64,000 nucleotides of DNA from Candidatus Eiseniibacteriota bacterium (lineage in GTDB: Bacteria; Chloroflexota; Dormibacteria; Dormibacterales; Dormibacteraceae): positions 981 to 64,980 of the forward strand of contig DATGVE010000134.1 in assembly GCA_035300725.1 (NCBI GenBank), written 5' to 3'. The translations under genes and the position numbers were made by a program. The notes beneath the pieces are model-generated. The model saw nothing but the letters and a program-made list of their open reading frames with translations, did no database searches and was not told the DNA's origin. Positions 51,774 to 61,520 of the stretch are shown one piece after another (the stretch's first letter is position 1; every line of letters starts with the position of its first letter).

Positions 51774-52903
51774 TCTCGCTCGAGCCACAGCGCCGCGCGA
51801 AGTGCATCCGCGTTGGTCCGTCCTACCACCTGCATCCCGACCGGCAGTCCTCGAACAGGCGCTGGAATCGTGACCACCGGCTGCCCGGTCGTATTGAAAG
51901 GCCGCGTGAATCGCGAGAGTGGCTCGCGCACCTCGTTGCCGGCATCGACTGCCGGCGCCACGATCGCGGTCGCGGGCACCAGAAGCGCGTCGAAGCCTTC
52001 CATCGCGTGCATCGCCGCCTGCTGGAGATGAGGCCTCTCGCGGAGTGCCTCCTCGAAGTCGACGGCGAGGACGCCCAGCCCGCGCCGGATGTGGCCGAGG
52101 ACATCTGAGCCGTACTTCTCCGGGAACTCGTTTGCCCACCGGCGGTGGTACGTCGCGGCCTCCACCAGCAGGATCGTCAGGCCCGTGCGGAAGAGGAGAT
52201 CGCGATCGACGAACTCGATCTCGGGCAAGCCCTGGGACACGAGGCGCCATGCTCGTTCGGTCGGCTCGTCGAGGCTGGCGATCCATCCTGCGGGCACCGC
52301 GATCCGAGGCTTTTCGACGCGCTCCGTGGACACGTCCTCACCCGCCATCATCCGGAAGGCTCTCGCCACGGCGTCGACGTCGCGAGCCATGGGACCAACA
52401 GTGTCGAGCGACCAGCTGAGGGGGATGACTCCTGAGGTGTCGATGGTGCCTAACGCCGGCTTGAATCCAACCACGCCACAAAGCGATGCGGGGACGCGGA
52501 TCGAACCTCCGGTGTCGGTGCCGATCGCCCAGTCGCACATGCCGGCCGCCACCGCTACCGCCGAACCGCCCGACGATCCACCCGCCACGCGGCTCGGGTC
52601 GTGTGGATTGCGGACAGGCCCGTAATGAGGATTCACGCTGGTCACGCCGTAGGCGAACTCGTGCAGGTTGGTTTTGCCGACGATCACGCAACCTGCTCTT
52701 CTAATGCTTTGAATTACTGGTGCGTCGTGCTGAGCGGGTTCGTTCGGCAGGATGATGCCGCCGGCGGTGGTGACTGTTCCCGCGACGTCGATAAGGTCTT
52801 TCACGGCGACCACCGTGCCGGCGCCTTCCTCCGCTGAGATCGAGATGAAGGCGTGCAGGTGAGCCTGTTCCTCGATCCGCCGCCGCGCCTCCTGCAGCTC
52901 CAC
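51752..52903 (-). CDS. amidase-signature family amidase
   Basis: 383 aa, with GGSSGGSAVAVAAG and GTDTGGSIRVPA. Confidence 0.85.
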   Translation of the reverse strand: MELQEARRRIEEQAHLHAFISISAEEGAGTVVAVKDLIDVAGTVTTAGGIILPNEPAQHDAPVIQSIRRAGCVIVGKTNLHEFAYGVTSVNPHYGPVRNPHDPSRVAGGSSGGSAVAVAAGMCDWAIGTDTGGSIRVPASLCGVVGFKPALGTIDTSGVIPLSWSLDTVGPMARDVDAVARAFRMMAGEDVSTERVEKPRIAVPAGWIASLDEPTERAWRLVSQGLPEIEFVDRDLLFRTGLTILLVEAATYHRRWANEFPEKYGSDVLGHIRRGLGVLAVDFEEALRERPHLQQAAMHAMEGFDALLVPATAIVAPAVDAGNEVREPLSRFTRPFNTTGQPVVTIPAPVRGLPVGMQVVGRTNADALRAALWLEREWHNLSP

Positions 52904-52926
52904 GCGTCAATTCTCGGGTCTCGAGA

Positions 52927-53451
52927 GTGTCCGGCGAGTTATCCTCCCCGCTGATGGCACTGAGTGCGCAGCTGGCGTGGACCAAGGTTGACGTCCTAAC
53001 TTCGTACCAGCGCATCACGGCCGAGATCCAGATCCGAGGCCGCTTATTCCCCACGATCAACGATCCGGAGCCGATTTTCCACCTGCGCAATGTGAGCGCT
53101 GAGCCACTCGTCCCTGGCGCCGTGCCGCTCAACGGTGTGCCGGAAGGCCTGTTCAGCAAGGCGTTGATCGGCGGCATCCGCACGATCGAGCCCGAGCCAC
53201 CACCGCCTGACCAGGTCCTGGACCTCGCCCGGCGCTACGTCATGTTCCAGGCAGGGAGTTTCATGGTCACCGGCGCTGCCGAGTTCCCCAAGGTGGTCGA
53301 GGCGGCGATGCACAGCGAGATCCTTTTGAAGTCGCATTTCTTCCCGTTGGTGGACGTGACCATCACGATCTTCGGCGTCGCCGGCAAGAGCTGGACGCAG
53401 CCCTCGATCCTGGTCAACCGGGACCAGATGCTTGCCCTATACCTCGGCTAA
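52927..53451 (+). CDS. hypothetical protein
   Basis: 174-aa ORF with high GC3. No family recognised. Confidence 0.45.
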   Translation: MSGELSSPLMALSAQLAWTKVDVLTSYQRITAEIQIRGRLFPTINDPEPIFHLRNVSAEPLVPGAVPLNGVPEGLFSKALIGGIRTIEPEPPPPDQVLDLARRYVMFQAGSFMVTGAAEFPKVVEAAMHSEILLKSHFFPLVDVTITIFGVAGKSWTQPSILVNRDQMLALYLG

Positions 53452-53728
53452 GACTTTCCGCTCGAACCAGGTGATTCCCGACGAACCAGGGCCCGGGTTA
53501 CCAACCCTTCGCAACCCCGCCGGTTACGCGCCCGATTACGTCCCGTTGGCGGGTCGGCTCAAGGGGTCAACGCAACACCTCGTGAGATCACGAACCAAGC
53601 GCGCCATGAGCAGAGCAGAAAGAAAGGACATTGCAAATGAAGAGGGTGTTGGGTCTCGCCTGGGTTTAGTCGTGGGCGCAATGGCGGGAAAGGCCCGCCT
53701 GGCCGGCCAAACCGGCCTGGAAGCGCTG

Positions 53729-53810
53729 GATTCGACACGTCTGGCACCAAACGCGCCTGTGAACTCGACGATTCGACACGTCTGGCACCAACGGTGCCTT
53801 TGAAAGGACG
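53729..53810 (+). repeat. tandem 41-nt repeat, 2 units, each ending in a GGCACC hairpin
   Basis: GATTCGACACGTCTGGCACCAA is identical at 53729-53750 and 53770-53791. It is followed by ACGCGCC (imperfect stem) in unit 1 and CGGTGCC (perfect GGCACC/GGTGCC stem, then TTTG) in unit 2. Confidence 0.85.
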
Positions 53811-53940
53811 AAAGCACGCGAGGATGGGCCCTGACGGCCCACCGCATGAGACCACCCGCCACCGGGGCGTTTCTCCGCGAAAATTCCGTCCCTTTTTGCG
53901 CCAACGGGGGTTTGGGAGGCGGCTAGAGCAGCTTGGGGTT

Positions 53941-54552
53941 CTAGGCCTTCGCTCCGAACAGGCGCCGGATCCCCGACCACAGCACCTGGAAGAACAGCGG
54001 TACCGCGTTGATCGGTTTGGCGGTCGTTGGTGCCGGTGCCGGCGCGCTGGTCGGCCCCGCCGCCGTGGCCGTCTCCGGGCCGTCACCACCGCCGGATCTC
54101 GGTTCGGCCGCCTCCACGTTCGCCTTGATGCAAGCAGCCATGTCGTTGACGATCCGGCGTGACACGTCTTCCATGACGCCTCGGCCGAACTGTGCCACCC
54201 GCCCGGCGACGCTGTAGTCGGTGACGATCTTGACAGTGGATCCCGCTCCGTCGGCCTCCACGGTCATCAGCGCTTTCGCCCTGGCCGACCCCGGTCCCGT
54301 GGTCTCACGTCCCTCGGCCTCGAGCGTGGCCGAGCGCGCCGAGTCGTTGCGGTCGGCGATTCTCGCCGTGCCGCTGTAGGCCACCGTGATCGGGCCAACC
54401 TTCACCTTGACCTTGCCCTTGAAGGTGGTCGGATCCACGACTTCCGAGAGCTCTGCACCAGGGACGCAGCCCACCACCTTGTTGACGTCCAGCAGGTAGG
54501 CGAACACACGCTCGGGTGGCGCGCCGACGGTGAAGGAATTTTCTAGTTGCAT
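53941..54552 (-). CDS. coxG: CoxG-like SRPBCC protein (carbon monoxide dehydrogenase subunit G family)
   Basis: ATG 54552 (MQLENSFTVGAPPERVFAYLLDVNKVVGCVPGA...). Ala/Pro-rich linker and hydrophobic C-terminal tail. Confidence 0.8.
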   Translation of the reverse strand: MQLENSFTVGAPPERVFAYLLDVNKVVGCVPGAELSEVVDPTTFKGKVKVKVGPITVAYSGTARIADRNDSARSATLEAEGRETTGPGSARAKALMTVEADGAGSTVKIVTDYSVAGRVAQFGRGVMEDVSRRIVNDMAACIKANVEAAEPRSGGGDGPETATAAGPTSAPAPAPTTAKPINAVPLFFQVLWSGIRRLFGAKA

Positions 54553-54724
54553 TTCGTCGCTAAAAGTAGCGCAATAGAGGGGTTCGTCTGCGATTGGTTG
54601 TGGGGGTCGGAGATTGACCCGCCATACATCCGACCCGTGAGATCGTCTGATCGACCGAATCAGCTCGCCAATTCTCCCGGCGCCATGTAGCGCATCGGGG
54701 GAGGTCATTCAGGAGGAGGAGCGT

Positions 54725-55243
54725 ATGAAACACAAGGTCGCGACCACAGTCAACGGTCACCGGCAGGAGCACGAGGTTGAGCCCCGGCTGTTGCTCGTGC
54801 ACTACCTGCGAGACGTAGTCGGCCTCACCGGGACTCACATCGGCTGCGACACCAGCCAGTGCGGCGCTTGCACCATCCTGGTGGACGGAAAAGCCGTCAA
54901 GAGCTGCACCATGTTCGCCGTCCAGGCCGAAGGCAAGAAGCTCACCACGATCGAGGGCATGGCCACGGACGGTGAGCTGCACCCCCTGCAGCAGGCTTTT
55001 TGGGACGAGCATGGCCTGCAGTGCGGCTACTGCACGCCTGGCTTCATCATGGCCGCGGCCTACCTCCTGGAGCAGAATCCAAACCCAACCGAAGACGAGA
55101 TTCGCCGGGGCCTGGAAGGCAACCTTTGCCGCTGCACGGGCTACGTGAACATCGTCAAGTCGGTGCAATCGGCGGCGAAGGCCATGGGCGGCGCCATAGC
55201 GAAGCCTGCCGGCCGGCCGGCAGTCACCGCCGGAGGGGAGTAG
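54725..55243 (+). CDS. coxS: [2Fe-2S]-binding small subunit of a molybdopterin hydroxylase
   Basis: 172 aa with [10 protein letters not shown] and CGYCTPGF...CRCTGY cluster motifs. Confidence 0.9.
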   Translation: MKHKVATTVNGHRQEHEVEPRLLLVHYLRDVVGLTGTHIGCDTSQCGACTILVDGKAVKSCTMFAVQAEGKKLTTIEGMATDGELHPLQQAFWDEHGLQCGYCTPGFIMAAAYLLEQNPNPTEDEIRRGLEGNLCRCTGYVNIVKSVQSAAKAMGGAIAKPAGRPAVTAGGE

Positions 55244-55247
55244 CGCT

Positions 55248-57638
55248 ATGGCAGTCTCCCAACTCATAGGGGCAAAGATTCACCGTCGTGAGGACCCTCG
55301 CTTGATCACCGGACACGGTCGCTACACGGACGACCTTCCACATCAGGGCGTCGTCCACATGTCGGTAGCGCGCAGTCCTCATGCACACGCGCGTATCCGC
55401 AGCATCGGCGTTGAAGCGGCAAAAAAGGCGCCGGGCGTGCTTGCCGTGTTCACGGCGGCGGATTTCAAGGACGTGATCGGAGGCCCGGCCACCTTTCCGG
55501 TAGCACCGGTTTTCGCGCCGAACAAGCAGACGAACCCACCGCGTTATCCAATCGCCGCGAAAGAGGTTTGTTACCAGGGAGAGCCGGTGGCCGTGGTGAT
55601 CGCGGAGAACCGTGGACAGGCCGCCGACGGCGCCCAGCTCGTGGACGTCGACTACGAGCTCCTCCCTGCGGTGATGGACATCGAAGAAGCGGCGAAACCC
55701 GGATCGCCCAAGGTGCACTCGGACCAGCCTGACAACATCGCGTGGGATGCCACATACGTTCCCTGGGAGGCAACCGACGAGGCGTTCAAGACCGCCGACG
55801 TGGTGATCAAGGAGCGAATTCTTCAGCAGCGGCTGTCTCCAAACCCGATGGAACCCCGAGCCGTGATGGCGGAGTACGAGTCATTCGACAAGCGCATGAC
55901 GATGTGGATGTCGACCCAGAACCCGCACTGGATCCGCCTGTTCGTATCCGGCGCTCTAGGGATGGGTGAGCATGCGCTCCGGGTCGTATCGCACGACGTC
56001 GGCGGGGGCTTTGGTTCCAAGATCAGCCCCTACCCCGAGGATTACCTCGTCCCAGCGACCGCCAAGCTCCTGGGCAAAGCCGTCAAGTACACCGAGACGC
56101 GGACCGAGGCGATGCAGAACGCGTACGCCGGCCGCGGCCAGATCTTCGACGTCGAGGTGGCGGCCAAGAAAGACGGTACGTTGCTCGGGATGCGTGTCAC
56201 CCAACTTCTCGACGCCGGTGCGTACATCGGCACATTCGGAGCTTTCCAGACCTGCGCCTGCCTGATGGCCGGTGGCGCTTACCACTGGAAGGCGATCTCG
56301 TCTCGATCGCTCGCGGTGCTTACGAACAAGATCACAACCGATCCGTACCGCGGTGCGGGGCGCCCCGAGGCTACACACGTCGCCGAGCGGATGATGGACC
56401 TGCTCGCGGTCGAGCTGGACATGGACCCGGTCGAGCTGCGGCGCAAGAACTTCATCCGCGAAGAAGAGTTCCCCTTCACGCAGAACTTCGGGCTGGTCAT
56501 CGACTCGGGCGATTACGAGAAGGCCATGGACAAGGCCCTGAAGATCGTCGGGTATGACGAGCTGCGCAAGAAGCAGAAGGAGCAGCGCAAGCAGGGCAAG
56601 CTTGTCGGCATCGGTTTGTCGACCTGGATCGAGCTGTGCGGTTTGGGACCAGGCGCGGTGACCGGTCCGGCGACCGGCGGCGTCGTCCTGTCCGAGTCGG
56701 CACAGGTGAAGATTCACCCGGCGGGCGGAGTCAGCGTTTACGTGGGGACCCACAACCACGGGCAGGGCAACGACACGACTCATGCCCAGATCGTGGCTGA
56801 CACGCTCGGTGTTCCGATCGAGTCGATCGACATCCGGCACGGCGACACAAACGAAGGCCCAGGATTCGGCTACGGCACCTACGGATCGCGCTCGCTTGCG
56901 GTCGGTGGAATCGCCATCCTCCGTTCTTGCGGCAAGGTCATCGACAAGGGCAAAAAGGTTGCGGCGCATCTTCTCGAGGCGGCCGAGGAGGACATCGTCT
57001 TCGACCATGGCAAGTTCCATGTCAAAGGCGCGCCCGACAAATCCAAGGCGCTGGGCGAGGTTGCGTTTGCAGCCTACGGCCAGCTGCCGGCAGGGGTAGA
57101 GCAAGGGCTCGAGGCGGTCGCGTATTTCGAGCCGCCCAACTTCGTGTGGCCGTTTGGGACGCACATATGTGTCGTCGAGGTCGACCCCGAGACCGGCGCG
57201 GTCGACATGCAGAAATACGTCGCCGTCGACGACTGCGGCAACGTCATCAACCCGATGATCGTGGCGGGCCAGCTTCACGGCGGCATCGCCCAAGGCATCG
57301 CGCAAGCGCTGTTTGAGGAGATGGTCTACGACGAGGAGAGCGGGCAGCTCAAGTCAGCGACGTTCCTCGACTACGCGATGCTCACGGCAAACGAGATGCC
57401 CGAGATTCAGCTTGACAACACCGTGACTCCGAGCCCGACCAATGAGCTCGGTGTGAAGGGTATCGGCGAGGCAGGCACCATCGCCTCGACGGCTGCCGTC
57501 ATCAATGCGATATGCGACGCGTTGAGCCCGCTGGGGATCAAGCACGTCGACATGCCCGCCACACCCGACCGGCTCTGGGAACTGATGCGAAGAGCGCGCG
57601 GGGCGTCAAACGGAAACGGAAAGGAGGCACGCAGGTGA
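55248..57638 (+). CDS. coxL: molybdopterin-binding large subunit, form II CoxL-type (xanthine dehydrogenase family)
   Basis: 796 aa. The active-site loop reads PYRGAGR (form II signature AYRGAGR) rather than form I VAYRCSFR. Confidence 0.85.
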   Translation: MAVSQLIGAKIHRREDPRLITGHGRYTDDLPHQGVVHMSVARSPHAHARIRSIGVEAAKKAPGVLAVFTAADFKDVIGGPATFPVAPVFAPNKQTNPPRYPIAAKEVCYQGEPVAVVIAENRGQAADGAQLVDVDYELLPAVMDIEEAAKPGSPKVHSDQPDNIAWDATYVPWEATDEAFKTADVVIKERILQQRLSPNPMEPRAVMAEYESFDKRMTMWMSTQNPHWIRLFVSGALGMGEHALRVVSHDVGGGFGSKISPYPEDYLVPATAKLLGKAVKYTETRTEAMQNAYAGRGQIFDVEVAAKKDGTLLGMRVTQLLDAGAYIGTFGAFQTCACLMAGGAYHWKAISSRSLAVLTNKITTDPYRGAGRPEATHVAERMMDLLAVELDMDPVELRRKNFIREEEFPFTQNFGLVIDSGDYEKAMDKALKIVGYDELRKKQKEQRKQGKLVGIGLSTWIELCGLGPGAVTGPATGGVVLSESAQVKIHPAGGVSVYVGTHNHGQGNDTTHAQIVADTLGVPIESIDIRHGDTNEGPGFGYGTYGSRSLAVGGIAILRSCGKVIDKGKKVAAHLLEAAEEDIVFDHGKFHVKGAPDKSKALGEVAFAAYGQLPAGVEQGLEAVAYFEPPNFVWPFGTHICVVEVDPETGAVDMQKYVAVDDCGNVINPMIVAGQLHGGIAQGIAQALFEEMVYDEESGQLKSATFLDYAMLTANEMPEIQLDNTVTPSPTNELGVKGIGEAGTIASTAAVINAICDALSPLGIKHVDMPATPDRLWELMRRARGASNGNGKEARR

Positions 57639-58441
57639 TTCCCGCAGCATTCGAATACGTCAGAGCCTCCTCCGTCGACGAGGCGGCCAAGCTGCTGAGC
57701 AAATACGGCGAGGACGCCAAGGTGCTGGCGGGCGGGCACAGCCTGATTCCGCTCATGCGGCTGCGTCTCGCTCAGCCCAAAGCGCTTGTCGACATCACAG
57801 GAATCAAGGAACTCGACTACATCAAGGCGGATGGCTCGAAGGTCCGCCTCGGCGCCTTGACGCGGCATGTGGAAATCCAGAACTCGGCCGTCATCAAGGA
57901 CAAGCTGCCGATACTCGCCGAGGTGGCGGGCGAGGTCGGCGACAACCAGGTGCGCAACATGGGCACGATCGGAGGAGTGGTCGCTCACGCTGACGCGGCG
58001 GGCGACTATCCGACCATCGCCCTGATGCTCGACGCCGAGATCGTCACCAACCGCCGCACGATCGCCGCCAAGGATTTCTTCAAAGACCTGTTCACCACTC
58101 CGCTCGGCGCGGACGAGATAGTCACCGAGATCGTCTTCCCGGTGGCGAATGGTCCGCACAAGTACATCAAGTTCCGCCGCCGCCTGTTCGACTGGGCGAT
58201 CGTCGGCGCCGCGGCCCAGAAGATGAACGGCGATTGGCGCATCGGCCTGACCAACGTCGGACCGACCCCGGTCCGCGCCAAGGCTGTAGAGGATGCGCTG
58301 AAAAAGGGCGCCAAGCCGGAGGATGCGGCTCAGCACGCGTCGGACGGCTTGAATCCCTCCGGCGACCTGCGCGCGAGCCCTGAGTACAAGAAGCACCTGG
58401 CTCGGGTGCTGACGAAGCGGGCGATCGAGCAAGCCAAATAG
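57635..58441 (+). CDS. coxM: FAD-binding medium subunit of the molybdopterin hydroxylase
   Basis: GTG 57635 (GTGA overlap with the coxL stop, AAGGAGG RBS). AGGHSLIP FAD motif. Confidence 0.85.
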   Translation: MIPAAFEYVRASSVDEAAKLLSKYGEDAKVLAGGHSLIPLMRLRLAQPKALVDITGIKELDYIKADGSKVRLGALTRHVEIQNSAVIKDKLPILAEVAGEVGDNQVRNMGTIGGVVAHADAAGDYPTIALMLDAEIVTNRRTIAAKDFFKDLFTTPLGADEIVTEIVFPVANGPHKYIKFRRRLFDWAIVGAAAQKMNGDWRIGLTNVGPTPVRAKAVEDALKKGAKPEDAAQHASDGLNPSGDLRASPEYKKHLARVLTKRAIEQAK

Positions 58442-58494
58442 GCCGGGGTAAGGTGGCTCGGCACTCGTGCCGAGCCACCTCGTAACCTTCTCGC

Positions 58495-59388
58495 GTGACC
58501 GTCGGCACTCCCACGACCATCGAGGAGGTCGAGGCGCGCCTGCGCGAGCGCAAGTACATCGGAGATCGCGGCCTTGCCACTTCGATCTTCCTTGCCCTGA
58601 AGCTGGAAAAGCCGCTCTTCATCGAAGGCGAGGCTGGGGTCGGCAAGACGGAGGCCGCCAAAGTCATGGCCGACGTGCTGGGCGCGCGGCTCATCCGCCT
58701 CCAGTGCTACGAGGGCATCGACCTGGCGCATGCGGTCTACGAGTGGAATTATCCGCGGCAGCTCCTGCACATCCGGCTGATGGGTGAAGGGGAGGACCGC
58801 CGTGTCGCGGAGCGTGAGATCTTCAGCTCCGAGTTCCTCCTGCGACGGCCGCTCCTAGATGCCATCGACAATGACGATCCGATACCTCCGGTGCTGTTGA
58901 TCGACGAGATCGATCGGTCCGACGAGGAGTTCGAGGCGTTTCTGCTCGAGCTGCTATCCGACTTCCAGGTCTCGATTCCCGAAATCGGAACCATCAAGGC
59001 CAAGCGTGCGCCGTTCGTGGTCATCACCTCCAACCGAACTCGCGAGGTGCATGACGCGCTCAAGCGCCGCTGCCTCTACCACTGGATCGACTACCCCGAC
59101 CTCGAGAAGGAGGTCGAGATCGTGCGTGCGCGCGCCCCCGAGGCGGCCGACGGCCTGGCACGCGAGGTGGCCGGCCTTGTCCAGGGCCTGCGATCGATGG
59201 ATCTCTACAAAGTGCCAGGGGTGGCGGAGACGCTGGACTGGGCGCGATCGCTTGCCGCCCTGGGCGCGACGCGTATCGACTCGAATCTTGTCGACGCGAC
59301 CCTCGGTTCGGCGCTGAAATACCAGGAGGACCTCGAGCGGGTGCGGGAGCAGATCCCGGCCCTGGTCGAGAAGGCGCGAGGTGCCTGA
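58495..59388 (+). CDS. coxD: MoxR-type AAA+ ATPase (CoxD-like)
   Basis: Walker A GEAGVGKT, Walker B LLIDEIDR. Confidence 0.85.
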   Translation: MTVGTPTTIEEVEARLRERKYIGDRGLATSIFLALKLEKPLFIEGEAGVGKTEAAKVMADVLGARLIRLQCYEGIDLAHAVYEWNYPRQLLHIRLMGEGEDRRVAEREIFSSEFLLRRPLLDAIDNDDPIPPVLLIDEIDRSDEEFEAFLLELLSDFQVSIPEIGTIKAKRAPFVVITSNRTREVHDALKRRCLYHWIDYPDLEKEVEIVRARAPEAADGLAREVAGLVQGLRSMDLYKVPGVAETLDWARSLAALGATRIDSNLVDATLGSALKYQEDLERVREQIPALVEKARGA

Positions 59389-60544
59389 GGGACCAGATCT
59401 ACTTCCGCGGTTGGGTGCGTTCGCGCGGCTGCTGCATGACGCGGGCCTGGAGGCGGGCCCGCGTCGGTTGACCGATGCGACCAGGGCGCTGGTCTACATC
59501 GACCTCAAGCAGCAGATCGATTTCCGGAACGCGCTGCGCTCGGTGTTCGTCAGCCGCAAGGAAGACCTTCCGACTTTCGAGGCGGCTTTCGACATCTTCT
59601 GGGCGCCTCCTGATCCACGTGCTGCGGCAGGCGTTTTGCCGGGCCGCAGCCGCGCGCTGCCCATGTCACCGGAGCGGGCGAAAGCGTGGGCCATTGCACT
59701 TGGCCTAAGCAGCTCGCAAATGAACCGCGAGCAAGAACCAACGGCTGTGCCGATCAGCTCGAGCGGCTACAGCGCCGAAGAGCTTCTGCGGCACAAAGAC
59801 TTCGAACAGATGACCTGGCAGGAGACGGAGCAGGTGCGGCGACTCCTCGAGCAGGCGCCATGGCGAGTCGCCGAGCGGAAGACGCGGCGCCTTCGCGCCG
59901 CGCGGGCGGGACGGATCGATCTTCGGCGCTCCGCACGCCATGCGATCAGGTCGAGCGGCGAGCTGATGCGCTTGTTCCACCGCCGGCCGCGGATACGGAG
60001 AAGGCCGCTGGTGTTGATCTGCGACGTGAGCGGTTCGATGGAGCGCTACTCGCGGCTGCTGATGATCTTCTCGCACGCTATCGCGCGCCGGGAGGATGTG
60101 GAAGCCTTCGTATTCTCGACGCGACTTACGCGGATCACTCGACTGCTTCGCTATCGAGACCTCGATCGCTGCCTCGAGTCCGTGAGCAAGGGCGTCCACG
60201 ATTTCAGTGGAGGCACCCGCATCGGCGAGGCGCTGGCCGATTTCAACCGCCATTGGGCACGGCGCGTGCTGGGACACGGCGCGGTGGTGATCATCGTGAG
60301 CGATGGATGGGACCGAGGAGATCCGGCGAGACTCACCGCCGAGCTGATCCACCTCCGCCGTTCGGCCCACCGATTGATCTGGCTCAATCCCCTCCTTGGT
60401 TCAGAGGGATATCAACCGCTGACGCGCGGCATGGCGGCGGCGCTGCCGCATGTCGACGACTTTCTCGCCGCCCACAACCTGAAGGCGCTCGAGGACCTCG
60501 GCCGCCTGCTGGCCGGGCTGGGCACCCGCGCCGGGAGTCGATAG
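59381..60544 (+). CDS. coxE: VWA-domain protein (CoxE-like)
   Basis: 387 aa. MIDAS motif LICDVSGSM. Overlaps the coxD stop. Confidence 0.8.
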   Translation: MPEGPDLLPRLGAFARLLHDAGLEAGPRRLTDATRALVYIDLKQQIDFRNALRSVFVSRKEDLPTFEAAFDIFWAPPDPRAAAGVLPGRSRALPMSPERAKAWAIALGLSSSQMNREQEPTAVPISSSGYSAEELLRHKDFEQMTWQETEQVRRLLEQAPWRVAERKTRRLRAARAGRIDLRRSARHAIRSSGELMRLFHRRPRIRRRPLVLICDVSGSMERYSRLLMIFSHAIARREDVEAFVFSTRLTRITRLLRYRDLDRCLESVSKGVHDFSGGTRIGEALADFNRHWARRVLGHGAVVIIVSDGWDRGDPARLTAELIHLRRSAHRLIWLNPLLGSEGYQPLTRGMAAALPHVDDFLAAHNLKALEDLGRLLAGLGTRAGSR

Positions 60545-61516
60545 GTGCGCGAAATCCTCACCGAGCTCACCGAATGGACCAAAGCCGGCGAAGACATCGC
60601 GCTCGCGACAGTGGTCGAGACATGGGGCTCGAGTCCCCGCCCGCTGGGTTCGAAGATGGTGGTCACGCGCTCGGGCAAGATGGCCGGCTCCGTATCCAAC
60701 GGCTGCATCGAGGGCGCGGTTTTCGACGAGGCGCAGAAGGTGCTGAAGAGCCGCAAACCGAAGGTGGCGGCTTTCGGCGTTGCGGATGACGTCGCCTTCG
60801 AGGTGGGTCTTGCTTGTGGCGGTCACATCGAGGTGTTCGTCGAGCCCTTGGGCCCGGTGCACGAGCAGCTGATCGCGATGCTTCAACGCAACGAGCAGGC
60901 AACATTGCGCACCAACCTCGTGACCGGCGAAGCGGACCTGGTCGAGGGATGGACGCCACCAGGATCTGAGCTGGCACACCGTGACGGAGACCTTTTTGTG
61001 GAGCCGTTCCGCCGCCCCGCACACATGATCATCGTCGGCGCGATCCACATCGCGATCCCGCTCCATCGGCTCGCGAAGCTGATGGGTTATCGGGTCACCG
61101 TCGTCGACGCCCGCGCGAAGTTCGCCACGAAGGAGCGGTTCCCGGAGGCCGACGAGCTCATCGTCGACTGGCCAGACGAGGCGATCGCGAAGCTCGTCAT
61201 CGACAACTCGTCGTATGTCGTGATCCTCACGCACGACCCGAAATTCGACCTGCCCGCTCTGCGTTCCGTGCTGACGAAGGACGCGGGCTACATTGGCGCG
61301 ATCGGCAGCCGCAAGACCAACCAGAACCGCTTCGACGCACTTCGGGCGGAAGGATTCACCGAAGAGCAGCTCGCGCGAGTCCACGGTCCGATCGGCCTCG
61401 ATCTCGGGAGCCGAGGAGCCGAGGAGACGGCGCTCGGCATCATGGCCGAGATCACATCGGTGCGATTTGGCGGCTCCGGGAGTGCGATGCGCGAGGTCCG
61501 AGCTTCACGAGCGTAG
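60545..61516 (+). CDS. XdhC/CoxF-family molybdenum-cofactor insertion accessory protein
   Basis: 323 aa. XdhC_CoxI N-domain (ALATVVETWGSSPRPLGSKM, GCIEG) plus Rossmann-like C-domain (IVGAIHIA). Confidence 0.8.
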   Translation: MREILTELTEWTKAGEDIALATVVETWGSSPRPLGSKMVVTRSGKMAGSVSNGCIEGAVFDEAQKVLKSRKPKVAAFGVADDVAFEVGLACGGHIEVFVEPLGPVHEQLIAMLQRNEQATLRTNLVTGEADLVEGWTPPGSELAHRDGDLFVEPFRRPAHMIIVGAIHIAIPLHRLAKLMGYRVTVVDARAKFATKERFPEADELIVDWPDEAIAKLVIDNSSYVVILTHDPKFDLPALRSVLTKDAGYIGAIGSRKTNQNRFDALRAEGFTEEQLARVHGPIGLDLGSRGAEETALGIMAEITSVRFGGSGSAMREVRASRA

Positions 61517-61520
61517 CCCG

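Noticed and set aside
53729-53800. Sigma-54-type promoters: TGGCAC-N5-(T/G)(T/C)GC with GG-N10-GC spacing in both tandem repeat units.
   Set aside because: The -12 element is not TTGC. More importantly, there is no + strand gene downstream, only the 3' end of the convergent coxG. The GGCACC is better explained as one arm of a hairpin.
53700-53940. Possible tmRNA: CTGGATTCGACACG resembles the conserved 5' GGAUUCGAC of ssrA, GAGACCACC resembles the PK1 region, and ...GGCACCA resembles a 3' end.
   Set aside because: There is no GGGG 5' acceptor strand and no T-arm (GGTTCGA.TCC) followed by a CCACCA end. There is no plausible tag ORF ending in hydrophobic residues + stop. A full-length tmRNA would also have to overlap coxG.
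54725-58441. Calling the cluster a bona fide aerobic carbon monoxide dehydrogenase.
   Set aside because: The large subunit lacks the form I AYxCSFR active-site loop, having PYRGAGR instead. The gene order is S-L-M, not M-S-L.
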